A stretch of 64,000 nt of DNA, taken from positions 96,001 to 160,000 of the forward strand of contig CAVRJY010000001.1 in the NCBI GenBank assembly GCA_963721805.1, read 5' to 3'. Origin of the DNA: Nitrospirota bacterium. Lineage in GTDB: Bacteria; Nitrospirota; Thermodesulfovibrionia; Thermodesulfovibrionales; JdFR-86. Below, piece after piece: positions 49,251 to 59,524 of the stretch. Each line of letters starts with the position of its first letter. Positions within the stretch are counted from its first letter, which is position 1. A program made the translations under genes and the position numbers. The notes beneath the pieces were generated by a model, which worked only from the letters and a program-made list of their open reading frames with translations, searched no databases and had not been told where the DNA came from.

Positions 49251-51382
49251 TGCCCGCACCGCTTTCGCGCTCGCTGTATCCCGCGCTCGATCCGGCATCG
49301 GCCGGTGAATACCCGCCGGTCGGGTACGGGAGTGTCGACGGGGTCCCTGCGCCATGCATCGTATCGGGCGCGGCGATGCGGCTCGCCTCCGGGATCGGCG
49401 CGGCCGAGACCTCACTTGAGGTCGATGACGCCCCGGCGCTCCCCTCGCCGCCGTTTACGGTGCAACTGGCAGGGGAGCGGATGCTCGTGGCTTCGGTTAC
49501 GGGCAATACACTAGGCGGGCTCACCCGCGGGGCGGATGGCACGACGGCCTCGGCGCACCCGGCGGGGCGCAGGGTGTTTGAGCTGCGGCCGGAGTACGTA
49601 TATCTGATAAGCCCCGAGCCGATAGCCGCGATACGCGGCGTCGTGGTCGACGGCGTGGCGCAGCAGTCGGGCTTTAGCGCATACACGGGCCGCCCGGGCG
49701 ACGAGCACCCGGACTGGCCGGGCATGGCGGTGGTCGCGTTCGAGGCACAGCTCAGCGCGTCGGCCCAGCGCAATATCTCTGCCGCATCGACCTGCTCGGT
49801 GGACGCAACGATGCTTGAGGCCTCGCACCGCGAGCTCATGGCCTCTGGTGGCGCGGCCCCGGTTTTGATATCAGGGAAACGCGCTCGCCCGGCGTGGGTC
49901 GCATTTACAGGCTCGGGCCCGCTCACGTCTCAGGCGTACTGCGCGTCCGTCCATAATACCGGCGCGTCCGATGCGGTCGTGCGCGCGTTAGTCAAGGTCA
50001 GCGCGACTGACGAGGTACTCGCGACAGAGTGCGTGCTTGTCCAGGCATCCGCGGCGGTGGCGGTCGGGCTCTCGCACGACGGCGGGCCGTGGGAGACCTG
50101 CTTCATGCTGTTCGCTGGCGCTGGCGCATCCACACTGGAGATTAGCGGGATCAAGAAGACCGTTACGGCCGTAAACCCGGCCGAGGGCGACAAGAGCTCG
50201 TCGTATCTGCCTGCGCCTTCTATGCTGTCGTACCGCGGCCTCGGGATCGAACGCACCGCGACGCTCAAGCCCAAGGGCAAGCGGCTGGCATGGGCCGCGT
50301 ACAGCGCGGACTCATTCGGGCCGGTTCTCTGGCAGACCCACCGCGCCGCTGTAGCTAACACCGGCGCGACGGACTCCGTAGTGCGGCTGATCGCATCGGC
50401 CCCAACTGGCGAATGCGCGGCCATGGCCGACTTTACCGTGAGAGCCGGGGATGCCACCACGCTTGAACTCACGCACCCGGGCGGGGGCTGGGACACGATG
50501 AGCAGGGTTGCGGTGCAAAGCGGGATGCTTAGAGTAGATGCGCTCTCAAAGGAGGTCAGGTACGTCACCGGGACCGACGGCCCCTCGGCGGGGTATAGCT
50601 CCACAGCGCGCGCTGTCATAGGCGATGAGGTCACGGTCGACGCCGACTGGTGCTGCGACGAGACTGGCGCGGTGATCGAACGGCCCGACAAAATTATGCG
50701 CCACTTTTTGGTCGAGCGCATGGGGTTTGCGGATACGGACATCGACAGCGCCTCCTTCGCCGCGGCCGACGCGGCGTACGCGGGCTACGTAAGCGGGGGC
50801 TACCGCTTCGGGTTCGTGATAAACGATAAGGTCACGCCGTCCGGGTTCGTGCGCTCACTGGCCGCACAGTGCAGGTCTGTGCTCAGATATGCGCGCGGGC
50901 TCTGGCGGCTCGACGCGGTGCCATCCGCGGCCCCTGCGCCGGTGCGCACGATATCGGCGGGCGAGCTTGCCGGAGAGGGCGCGATGTTCCGGTTTAAGCG
51001 CGTGCCTCTTGAGGATATGGGCAACAGCCTTCGTGCATATTACGGCGCTGTCTACTCAAAGGGCGGCGGCTGGTCGTCCATAGCCTCGGTCAATGACGCG
51101 GGCTCGATAGAAAGGCTCGGTCTAATCACGAGAGAGTTCAGGTTCCCGGCGATACGCGATAAGTCCACCGCAGAGGACGTGCTCGGCCTCATGCTCCTTG
51201 AGCGTGCGGCCTCGCTCCTGATCGTCAATTTCACGGTATTCTACGAACACTTCGACCTGAATGTCGGCGATACGATCTCGATAGACAACGAGCTTTATAA
51301 CGGCGCGCTGTTCTTCATCGAACGCATCGAAAGGCCGGACTCATTCAGGGCGAAAATTACAGCTCGCCAGTGGTGGGGATGA
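49247..51382 (+). CDS. Tail tip/baseplate hub protein
   Basis: PPVGYG.V, LTRGADGT.A..H.AG, IDSASF, SIERLG, LNVGD.I C-terminal tail-protein pattern; internal duplicated domain. Confidence 0.65.
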   Translation: MMPAPLSRSLYPALDPASAGEYPPVGYGSVDGVPAPCIVSGAAMRLASGIGAAETSLEVDDAPALPSPPFTVQLAGERMLVASVTGNTLGGLTRGADGTTASAHPAGRRVFELRPEYVYLISPEPIAAIRGVVVDGVAQQSGFSAYTGRPGDEHPDWPGMAVVAFEAQLSASAQRNISAASTCSVDATMLEASHRELMASGGAAPVLISGKRARPAWVAFTGSGPLTSQAYCASVHNTGASDAVVRALVKVSATDEVLATECVLVQASAAVAVGLSHDGGPWETCFMLFAGAGASTLEISGIKKTVTAVNPAEGDKSSSYLPAPSMLSYRGLGIERTATLKPKGKRLAWAAYSADSFGPVLWQTHRAAVANTGATDSVVRLIASAPTGECAAMADFTVRAGDATTLELTHPGGGWDTMSRVAVQSGMLRVDALSKEVRYVTGTDGPSAGYSSTARAVIGDEVTVDADWCCDETGAVIERPDKIMRHFLVERMGFADTDIDSASFAAADAAYAGYVSGGYRFGFVINDKVTPSGFVRSLAAQCRSVLRYARGLWRLDAVPSAAPAPVRTISAGELAGEGAMFRFKRVPLEDMGNSLRAYYGAVYSKGGGWSSIASVNDAGSIERLGLITREFRFPAIRDKSTAEDVLGLMLLERAASLLIVNFTVFYEHFDLNVGDTISIDNELYNGALFFIERIERPDSFRAKITARQWWG

Positions 51383-51441
51383 GGGGCCGGGTGGCCCCAT
51401 TCCCCATTCGCGGGGCAAGCGGCCCCGCTCACTTTCAATTA

Positions 51442-51602
51442 ATGCCGTTGACCGTTCGCACGATTATGCATCAGAAATTTAAAGCGCGAGAAATCGTGTC
51501 AGACTAGGAACCGGGTGAAAAACGACCGGAGGCGTATATGGACATACGTCGAGGATCGTTTTTCGGACGGTGACAACGTATCACGCGAGTTTCGCGCGCT
51601 TT
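51442..51602 (+). repeat. Hairpin element family A, copy 7 (core 51481-51602)
   Basis: Same termini; inner stem GAAAAACGA/TCGTTTTTC; centre CGTAT/ATACG. Confidence 0.85.
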
Positions 51603-51617
51603 GAAGAGGATTACAGG

Positions 51618-53123
51618 CTAAAGTGAGGAGATATCGTACTTCTCTTGGTGTAAGTTCTGGTCTGCGGTTACTATGATCTTGAGGTTATGCTTCGCCTCGA
51701 TCTCCTCCAAGCCCTGCCGTTCCTCGTCGCTGAGCAGTTCGGCCACGTCCGGGTGCGCGGTGATAACTATGCTCCGCGTCCCTGACTGCGCGGCCTTGCT
51801 GACTTTGCGGAATATCTCGTAGCAGAGCGTCGCGGCTGATTTCACGAACCCCTTGCCCTCGCAGTACGGGCATGTCTCGCAGAGTATCCGGCCCATGCTC
51901 TCTCTGACGCGCTTTCTGGTCATCTGCACCAGCCCGAGCTCCGAGATCTGCGATATAGTCTTTTTGGCCTTGTCCCTGGCCATCGCCTCGATGAAGGTAT
52001 TCAGGACGCGCGTGCGGTTCTCTGCGCGCTCCATGTCGATGAAGTCCACGATGATGATGCCGCCCAGGTTTCTAAGCCGGATCTGGCAGGCTATCTCCTT
52101 TACGGCCTCGATGTTCGTGCGCAGGATCGTGTCCTCGAGGTCTTCCTTGCCCACGAACTTGCCGGTGTTTACGTCTATGACGGTCATGGCCTCGGTCTGG
52201 TCGAGCACGATATACCCGCCGGACTTAAGCCATACGCGCCTGCCCAGCGCGCGGGCGAGGTCGACCTCTATGCCGAATGAGTCGAATATCTGGTCCGTGC
52301 CGTCGTATAGCTCTATGCGGTCGGCGAGTTTCGGGAAGTACGTCTCGGCGAAGTCGCGTAGGGCGCGGAACTCTTTTTCGTTGTCGATGATGAGCTGGTC
52401 GAGGCTCTGCCCGAGCATGTCGCGCACGGTGCGCAGCACTATGTCGAGGTCGCTGTAAAGCAGCGTCGGCGCGCCGACGCGGGCCTCTTTCTGGATGATG
52501 TTCTCCCACAGCCGGGTGAGGAACCCGAAGTCGCTCCGAAGCTCCTCCTCGGTCGCGCCCTCGCTCGCCGTGCGGATAATCAGCCCCGTATCCGCCGGCC
52601 TGATCTGCTCGACTATGGATTTGAGGCGGGCGCGCTCCTCCTCCGACTCTATCCGGCGCGATATGCCGACGTGATCGACGTTCGGCATCACGACGAGGTA
52701 TCGGCCGGGTATGGTCGCGTATGACGTGACGCGCGCGCCCTTGCCGCCTATCGGGTCCTTCGATACCTGCACGAGGAGCTCCTGCCCCTCCTGAATGAGT
52801 TCGTCGATGTGGAGCTCGTGGCGGCGGCGCTTCTGGAGCTGCTCGAGCCCCTCGGCCTGGTCGCGGTCGAGCAGGTCGGTGTAGTCTTCGAGTATGTCGG
52901 TGCGGATGTCGCCGACGAAGAGGAACGCGGACTTGTCGAGCCCAATGTCCACAAACGCGCTCTGCATGCCGGGGAGTATCTTCACCACGCGGCCCTTGTA
53001 GATGTTGCCTACGAGGCTCAGCTCCTTCTCGCGCTCGATGTAGCACTCCGCGACCTGCCCGTCTTCGAGCAGGGCCACGCGGGTCTCGCCGCGAGTAATG
53101 TTTATCAGTATGCTCCTGTTCAC
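51618..53123 (-). CDS. rng: Ribonuclease G (Rne/Rng family)
   Basis: GNIYKGRV..ILPGMQSAFVDIG, IDVNTGKF, LRNLGGIIIVDFIDM, CPYCEG. Confidence 0.93.
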   Translation of the reverse strand: MNRSILINITRGETRVALLEDGQVAECYIEREKELSLVGNIYKGRVVKILPGMQSAFVDIGLDKSAFLFVGDIRTDILEDYTDLLDRDQAEGLEQLQKRRRHELHIDELIQEGQELLVQVSKDPIGGKGARVTSYATIPGRYLVVMPNVDHVGISRRIESEEERARLKSIVEQIRPADTGLIIRTASEGATEEELRSDFGFLTRLWENIIQKEARVGAPTLLYSDLDIVLRTVRDMLGQSLDQLIIDNEKEFRALRDFAETYFPKLADRIELYDGTDQIFDSFGIEVDLARALGRRVWLKSGGYIVLDQTEAMTVIDVNTGKFVGKEDLEDTILRTNIEAVKEIACQIRLRNLGGIIIVDFIDMERAENRTRVLNTFIEAMARDKAKKTISQISELGLVQMTRKRVRESMGRILCETCPYCEGKGFVKSAATLCYEIFRKVSKAAQSGTRSIVITAHPDVAELLSDEERQGLEEIEAKHNLKIIVTADQNLHQEKYDISSL

Positions 53124-53130
53124 CTTGTCC

Positions 53131-55585
53131 CTATTTTCTCCGGGTTTCCATCGCGCCTGCCCAGCGCTTCGAGCGGTCCATGCCCCAAAGCGCGGTGCGC
53201 GTTATATCCAGCTCGTCGGCCGACATCCCGCATACCGCGAGCGCTATCTCGTCGAGCCTGACCTTCTTCTCGCCGGTGTCTAACAGTGTAAGCCTTACGG
53301 AGTTCGGGGTCAACTGCTCGGCCGCCTCGACCATGGGCCGCAAGTCGACCGGACCCTTCTCGCGCTTCACTATCACGCTTTCCTTCGCCATGAACGCAGC
53401 GGCGTCTATCTCTTGAGGCGAGCTGAACTCGTATTCGTAGCGGTTTAGGAACCCCTGAAGCGACGGCTCCTGCATGGATATCGCGACTAGCTCCATGACG
53501 CGGACTCCCTCTCCGAGCTGGGCGTTCAGGCGGGCCATGACGTCCTCAAGCGGTATGACCGGGATGATCTCCATGTCGAAGTGCTCACTGGTCCCGGCGA
53601 CCCCAACGCCAAGCGGGGGGCCGAACGCGACCTTCGGAGACGGGCTGAAGCCCTGCGTATGCTCGAGCCTCACCCCGGCGCGGCGAAGCGCGCGGGTCAT
53701 GTGCGTCATCAGCTCGCGGTGCGAGAGGAAGCGGAGCACGCCGGTCTTCGTAAACCGCGCGCGCACCCGGATCGCCCTGCGCTGCGGCGCGTCGCCAGGC
53801 TGCTGGCGCGCAGGGTATGATGAGTCAGCGGACGGCGCGAGGTTCAGCGGCTCGCCCTCGGGGCGGCATTTAAGCCCGCAGCCGGTGCATTTAAGGTTGC
53901 AGTTCGGCGTCTTGGACGCTTCAATTGCATGCGCCTTCTCTTTTAGCAGGTACTGCTTGCTCACGCCCGGATCTATGCGCTCCCACGGAAGCGGCTCGTC
54001 GTCTGAGAATGTGCGTCCGGCGACCACTGCGGCGTCAACGCCTGTCGCCTCCATCGCGCGGAGCCAACGGTCGTAGCTGAAGCACTCGCTCCAGCCGTCG
54101 AGGCGCGATCCGGCGCGGTATGCGGCCTCGACGAGCCCGGACATCTGGGAGCCGCCGCGCGCAAACGCGCCTTCGAGCATGCTCGTGCGCTCGTCATGCG
54201 AGCGGACGTTGAACTTCCTTAGCTCGCGCTCAAGCCGGGTTCGGACCTCGGCGATGCGCTCCATCGGGGCCATCCCGAACCACTGAAACGGGGTGTGCGA
54301 CTTGGGCACGAACGGCGAGAACGATACGCTTATGTTGACGTACCTGCCGGTGTGGCGCTTCGCGCTCTGTAGCGCGGTCTTCACCATCGCGGGGATCGCA
54401 TCTATGTCCTCGTCGGTCTCCGTCGGGAGGCCGACCATGTAATATAGCTTGAGGTTGAGCCAGCCGTTTTTAAAGAGGCTTTCAAGCGCAGCCTCGTAGT
54501 CCTCGGCCTCGAAGTCCTTGTTGATCACCGCGCGCAGCCGCGCTGTAGCGGCCTCGGGCGCTATAGTGAAGCCGGTCTTCTTCACGGCCTTGATCTCGCG
54601 AAGGATCTCGTCTTTAACGGCCTTCACGCGCAGCGACGGCAGCGAGAGCGCGATCTTGCTCGAGCCGAACCTGCGGTTCATGCCCTTAAGCAGAGGCAGC
54701 AGGCCGCTGTAGTCCCCGGCGCTCAGGGAGGTGAAAGATATCTCCTCGTAGCCTGTGTTTTTGAGCGTCTCTTCGGCGAGCGCAAGCACCTTCTCGGGCG
54801 AGCGCTCGCGAAGCGGGCGGTAGATCATCCCGGCCTGACAGAACCGGCACCCCATCGTGCAGCCGCGCGAGACCTCGATGTTCACCCTGTCGTGGACGAT
54901 CTGCGTATACGGTACCGCAGGGCACGTGGGGTATGGTGCATCCTCTAGGCTCTCGACATAGCGGCGCAGGATGCGCGTATCCGAGGCGTCGTGAATGGAG
55001 GGCACGTATACGCCCGGGATCTGAGCGAGCGCGGCAAGCGCGGAGGCGCGGTTCGGGCGGTCGTTTGATTTCCATGCCTTGAGCGCCGCGATGATCTCCA
55101 GTATCGCGTCCTCGCCGTCGCCGATCAGGAAGGCGTCGATAAACGGGGCCATCGGCGCGGGGTTCACGGTGCACGGCCCTCCGGCCATCACTATCGGGTG
55201 CGCCCCTGTGCGCTCGGCGGAGCGAAGCGGTATCCCGCTTAGATCCAGCATGCTCAGGACCGAGGTGTACGAGAGCTCGTACTGCAAGCTGAAGCCGAGC
55301 ATGTCGAACTCGCCCAGAGGGGTCGAGCTCTCAAGCGAGCGAAGCGGATCGCCGGTCTCGCGCAGCGCGGCCTCGAGATCCACCCAGGGATGAAACGCGC
55401 GCTCGGCCGTTGCGCCCCCGGTTGAGTTGATTATGTGGTAGAGGACCTTCAGGCCGAGGTGCGACATCCCGATGTCGTAGACGTCCGGAAACGCGAGCGC
55501 GACCCGCAGTCCGCCATCGCGGTGGATCGAGCCGAATTCGTGGTTTATGTAACGGCCGGGTCTCTGGAAAGCGTCCGAGGCGCAT
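53131..55585 (-). CDS. B12-binding radical SAM protein fused to DUF2344 (TIGR03960/TIGR03936-like); apparent +1 frameshift at codon ~6
   Basis: RGCTMGCRFCQAG, FLSHRE; upstream in-frame FQRPGRYINHE...FPDVYDIGMSHLG has no start codon, while ATG 55585 (MRLGRF) is one base out of frame. Confidence 0.8.
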
Positions 55586-55648
55586 CCGACTAAAATACGA
55601 TTATCGCACGGTTTATAGCAAGCAAGACAGTAGTGCGGGCGCTGACTC

Positions 55649-56019
55649 CTACTGGCTGACGAGCCAGTCCTTGGCGTCGTCCGCGTCGTCGAAGAGCTTG
55701 ATGTTGTCCCTGCCCGACGCCCTCAGCGCGACTCTGTAGGCGATCTTCATGAATCCCGTAACCCCGAGCACCGCCCCGGCCTTTACGTGGGACTCGTTAT
55801 GGTGCAGGAATTCCTTGAGCATCTCGGCCGCCTCGTGCATGAGGTGCAGGCCCCCGGTGAAGTCCGTAAGCATAAGCACGGAGCCCTTGGGCTCCGTGCT
55901 TGTCGCGGAGTTGGCTTTCTCTATGATCTCAGCGACCTCCTCGATGCCCTCGAGTGCGCTGAGAAGTCGAGATAGAGGATCTTGCTGCCTTCGTGTTCGA
56001 TGAAGCTCACTCGTTGCAT
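55649..56019 (-). pseudogene. STAS/SEC14-like small protein, frameshifted near 55960
   Basis: MQRVSFIEHEGSKILYLDFS in one frame continues as LEGIEEV...VLMLTDF...FDDADDAKDWLV in another. Confidence 0.6.
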
Positions 56020-56066
56020 GGGGTTAATTATAGATCATGAAAATCGGCCTCCGCAAACGACGGCCC

Positions 56067-57743
56067 TTACCGCTTGCCCATCAGCCGCGCGAGCCCCTCG
56101 GGGTCTACGGCCTCCGCGCGGCGCAGCATCTCCCCGGCGCGCGCCGGATCCCCCGCACGGCTGTACATGAGCCAAAGGTTAAACAGCGGTATTACGGCGT
56201 CGTCGTGGTATGGCGCGCCGGGGATTTCTATGCCCGGCGGAAAGAGCGATACCGCGGCCTCGAAGGCCTCGGCCGCCTTGTCCGTCTCGCCCTCCCGGAT
56301 ATATGCGATCCCGAGGCTGTTAAGCACGTGGACCCTGTTTGCCGGGTTCAGATTGACGTCGCTCTCGGGGCTCAGGCCGGGCGGGAAGAGCGAGACCGCG
56401 CGCCCAAGCGCCCCGGCGGCCCCGGCGTAGTCCCCTGCTGCAAGCCGCGCGCGGCCGAGCTCATCCAGCACTATCAGCTTTTGCGGGCTCTTGCTGGCGG
56501 CATCCTCCCAAAAGGCCACGGGATCGCTATACAGCGAGTTTCGCGCGTAGGTCGCTGCCATCAGCACCAGCACTGCCGCGGCAGCCACCACGGTTACGGC
56601 CTTGCGGTGCGTGCTATGCATAGCGATGGCCGATATCGAGAGCGCGACCCCGGCCAGCGGCAGGTAGAGCCTGTGCTCGAAGATGAGGTCGCCAAGCGGG
56701 ACTATGCTCGACTCCACCGAGAGCGTCAGGTAAAACCAGACGATCCCGAACGCGGCCCATCTTGCCGTCACGGACGGCCTCCTATAAAACCAGACGGCTA
56801 GAGAAAGCAGGCTCAGGTTGACGAGTACCGCGACCAGCACAGGCCACTGGAGAAGGGAGGTATAGAGCGGATAGTCGTAGCCGAAGTTCTGGCTGACGGG
56901 CAATGCTATGAGCCGCATATATGTGAGCAGCACGCGCTCGGACGTCAGGAAGTACGCGGCCCGCCCGATCTCTGAGGTCGCGCTCGCGGCCCCGGCCATC
57001 CCCCTGTTTATAAGCAGCGTGGCCGGGATGACCATCACGACCGCGATCCACGGCAGAAGCCGCGAGGGCCGTACGCTTCTGATCCCACCGAGGAAGCAGG
57101 CATCGATAAGCACCATCGCCGCCGGCAGCGTGAAGGCGGTCTCTTTCGAGCGCGCGGCCAGCAGCACGCATACGAGCGAGAGCGCGTACAGCCGGAGCGA
57201 GCGGCCTCGGCCGGGCTCGAGCCTCGAGCGGACGTACAGCGCGAGCGCCAGCAGGTAGAAAAGCGCGGCCATCGAGGCGAAGCGCTGCGATATGTACGTG
57301 ACCGCCTCGGTCTGGATCGGGTGGACTGCGAACAGGAGCGCGGAGAGCAGGGCCGCGCCCCGGTCTTTAATCAGCATGAGCCCGAGCCAGTACAGGGTGA
57401 GAGCCGCTGCGATATGCACGGCGAGGTTGAGGACATGATACCCGGCCGGGGCCACGCCCCCGAGGGCGTGGTTCAGGGTGAAGGTCGCGAATGCGACGAT
57501 ACGGTCCTGGAAGTGCATGGCAAGGTTCCCGGTGAGTTTAAGCCTTCCGGTGGCTGCGTCAATGAAGCCGCCCCAGCTATTGATCGCAGGATCGCCGGTG
57601 ATGTAGCCGGCGTCGTCCGCGATGAGGGGGGCGTGAAAGGTGTTTGAATATGCGAGCACGGCCGCGAGCGCTATCAGCGCGATGTGCCCGAGCCGCGCCG
57701 AGGCGGGCTTCCCTGTCGCGCTGAGTGGTTCGGCCGATTCCAT
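56067..57743 (-). CDS. TMTC-like GT-C membrane glycosyltransferase with TPRs
   Basis: ADD motif after TM1, LFAVHPIQTEAV, SKE, EHRLYLP, C-terminal TPR. Confidence 0.82.
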   Translation of the reverse strand: MESAEPLSATGKPASARLGHIALIALAAVLAYSNTFHAPLIADDAGYITGDPAINSWGGFIDAATGRLKLTGNLAMHFQDRIVAFATFTLNHALGGVAPAGYHVLNLAVHIAAALTLYWLGLMLIKDRGAALLSALLFAVHPIQTEAVTYISQRFASMAALFYLLALALYVRSRLEPGRGRSLRLYALSLVCVLLAARSKETAFTLPAAMVLIDACFLGGIRSVRPSRLLPWIAVVMVIPATLLINRGMAGAASATSEIGRAAYFLTSERVLLTYMRLIALPVSQNFGYDYPLYTSLLQWPVLVAVLVNLSLLSLAVWFYRRPSVTARWAAFGIVWFYLTLSVESSIVPLGDLIFEHRLYLPLAGVALSISAIAMHSTHRKAVTVVAAAAVLVLMAATYARNSLYSDPVAFWEDAASKSPQKLIVLDELGRARLAAGDYAGAAGALGRAVSLFPPGLSPESDVNLNPANRVHVLNSLGIAYIREGETDKAAEAFEAAVSLFPPGIEIPGAPYHDDAVIPLFNLWLMYSRAGDPARAGEMLRRAEAVDPEGLARLMGKR

Positions 57744-57805
57744 GTCTTGTGAATAATAGCGCTACGGCCGCCGTAATTACAATAAATACGCGGAGGTGCG
57801 GCCCT

Positions 57806-59524
57806 TCACTTCCGTCGCTGCAGCAACCTTGCCAGCTCATCGGAGTCGATCAGGGAAGCGCGCTGGATCGCGGAGTCCGACCTTTCGGTGTCGCCGGTCG
57901 CGCTGTACAGGAGCGCCAGATTATACAGGGGCCAGACCGCATCGTCGTGATAAGTGGCCCCCTTGCGCTCTATGTCAGGCGGGAAAAGGGAGACCGCCTT
58001 TTCGAGCGTCGAGATGGCCTTTTGCGCCTCCCCGGTGCGCATGTAAGCGACCCCGAGGGTGTTGAGCATCTGGACCCTGTTTGTAACGTTCTCCCTGGTG
58101 TCGTCCTCGGGCCGGAGCCCTGGCCGTACGAGCGACAGGGCGTGCTCGAGGACCGGGATGGCGCGCCCTGGGTCGCCGGACGAGATATAGGCGTTGGCAA
58201 GGTTGTGAAGCACCAGGGGCTTGTCCGGGCTTTCCTCGGCCGCGTCGGTCCAAAACGCCACGAGGTCCTGGAAGACGGGATTGCGGTTATATGTGGCGAG
58301 CGATAACGCAAGCACCGCGGCCGCGGCCGCGAGCGCAAACGCCTTCCCGGAGGGGGCGCCTCCGAGCCGCCCGTAAAAACGCACTCCCAGCGCGGATAGG
58401 GCGAGCGCCAACCCCGCTATCGGCAGGTAGAGCCTGTGCTCGTAGATCAAGTCGTCCAGCGGCACGATGCTGGACTCCACCGAGAGGGTCAGATAAAACC
58501 ATAAGATCCCGAACGAGGCCCACCGCAGGTGGCCGCTGCCCTCACGGCGTGAGCGTAGGTAGAGATAGCCCGCGGCAGCGATGAGCGAGAGATTGACCGC
58601 GGCCGGTAAAAACACCTGCCACTGCAGCAGTGAGCCGTAAATCGGGTAGTCGTACTGTACGTTTTGGTTCAGCGGCAGCACGAGGAGCCGCATGTATGTG
58701 AGCATCACGCGCTGCTCGGTGAGGAGGTACTCCCACGACGAGATATTGCGGAAATTGGCCGCGTTCACTATGTCATGCTTGACCGTGAAGAAAAGCGTGG
58801 CAGGTATGATCATCACGATCGCGGTCCATGGGAGGATGCGTTTCAGGCTCAGGCCCCGGGGGCCGTCGAGGAAGCATACCTCGACCAGGACCATCGCGGC
58901 CGGCAGCGTGAAGGCGATCTCCTTTGAGCGCGCGGCGAGCAGCACGCAGACGGCCGATAGCGCGTAGAGCATGATCGAGCGCCTCCGGTCGCCTTGCAGC
59001 CTCGAGCGCACGTACAGCGCGAGGCTCAGCAGGTAGAAGAGCGCTGCAAGCGATGTGAAGCGTTGCGAGATGTCCGAGACCGCATCGGTCTGCAGCGGGT
59101 GCACCGTGAAGAGCAGCGCCCCCCACAAGGCGATGATGCCGGGCGATGCCGAGGACCGAAACAGCATGAGCCCGAGCCAGTAAAGCGTCAGGGCCGCGGC
59201 GATATGGATGGCGAGGTTGACCGCGTGATAGCCAAGCGTGGCGTTGCCGTGGACGGCGTAGTCCGCCGCGAAGGTCGCAAATACGACGATGCGGTCCTGG
59301 AAGTGCGTGATAAGGTTAGAGTTCGCGAGCTTCTGCCTTCCCAGGGCGGCGTCCATAAAGTTGTGCAGGCTCATGATCGCAGGGTTTGAGGCGACATAGT
59401 CGAAATCGTCGAAGATCATCGGCCCGTGCAGCGAGTTTGAATAGATCACCAGCGCGGCAAACGCGATAAGCATTGCGTGGGCGGCCCGCGATTCGGCGAT
59501 CTTATTCCATAAGGGTTCTGTCAT
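57806..59524 (-). CDS. TMTC-like GT-C membrane glycosyltransferase with TPRs (tandem paralog)
   Basis: FDD, HPLQTDAV, SKE, EHRLYLP. Confidence 0.82.
   Translation of the reverse strand: MTEPLWNKIAESRAAHAMLIAFAALVIYSNSLHGPMIFDDFDYVASNPAIMSLHNFMDAALGRQKLANSNLITHFQDRIVVFATFAADYAVHGNATLGYHAVNLAIHIAAALTLYWLGLMLFRSSASPGIIALWGALLFTVHPLQTDAVSDISQRFTSLAALFYLLSLALYVRSRLQGDRRRSIMLYALSAVCVLLAARSKEIAFTLPAAMVLVEVCFLDGPRGLSLKRILPWTAIVMIIPATLFFTVKHDIVNAANFRNISSWEYLLTEQRVMLTYMRLLVLPLNQNVQYDYPIYGSLLQWQVFLPAAVNLSLIAAAGYLYLRSRREGSGHLRWASFGILWFYLTLSVESSIVPLDDLIYEHRLYLPIAGLALALSALGVRFYGRLGGAPSGKAFALAAAAAVLALSLATYNRNPVFQDLVAFWTDAAEESPDKPLVLHNLANAYISSGDPGRAIPVLEHALSLVRPGLRPEDDTRENVTNRVQMLNTLGVAYMRTGEAQKAISTLEKAVSLFPPDIERKGATYHDDAVWPLYNLALLYSATGDTERSDSAIQRASLIDSDELARLLQRRK

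Larger units (their letters stand above)
35505..51382 (+). mobile_element. Phage-derived virion operon (Mu-like head, non-contractile tail); cryptic prophage or GTA-like domesticated element
   Basis: About 21 co-directional, often overlapping ORFs from lysis to tail tip; no transposase, integrase, repressor or replication gene between the host flanks (GSDH and rng). Confidence 0.88.

Noticed and set aside
35505..51382. Complete active Mu-like prophage, contractile tailocin or eCIS
   Set aside because: No transposase, early genes or identifiable Mu ends; head genes are present and no sheath gene is seen.
11369..51602. Family A hairpins as integron attC sites
   Set aside because: They lack RYYYAAC/GTTRRRY core ends, occur in both orientations, and no intI is present in the window.
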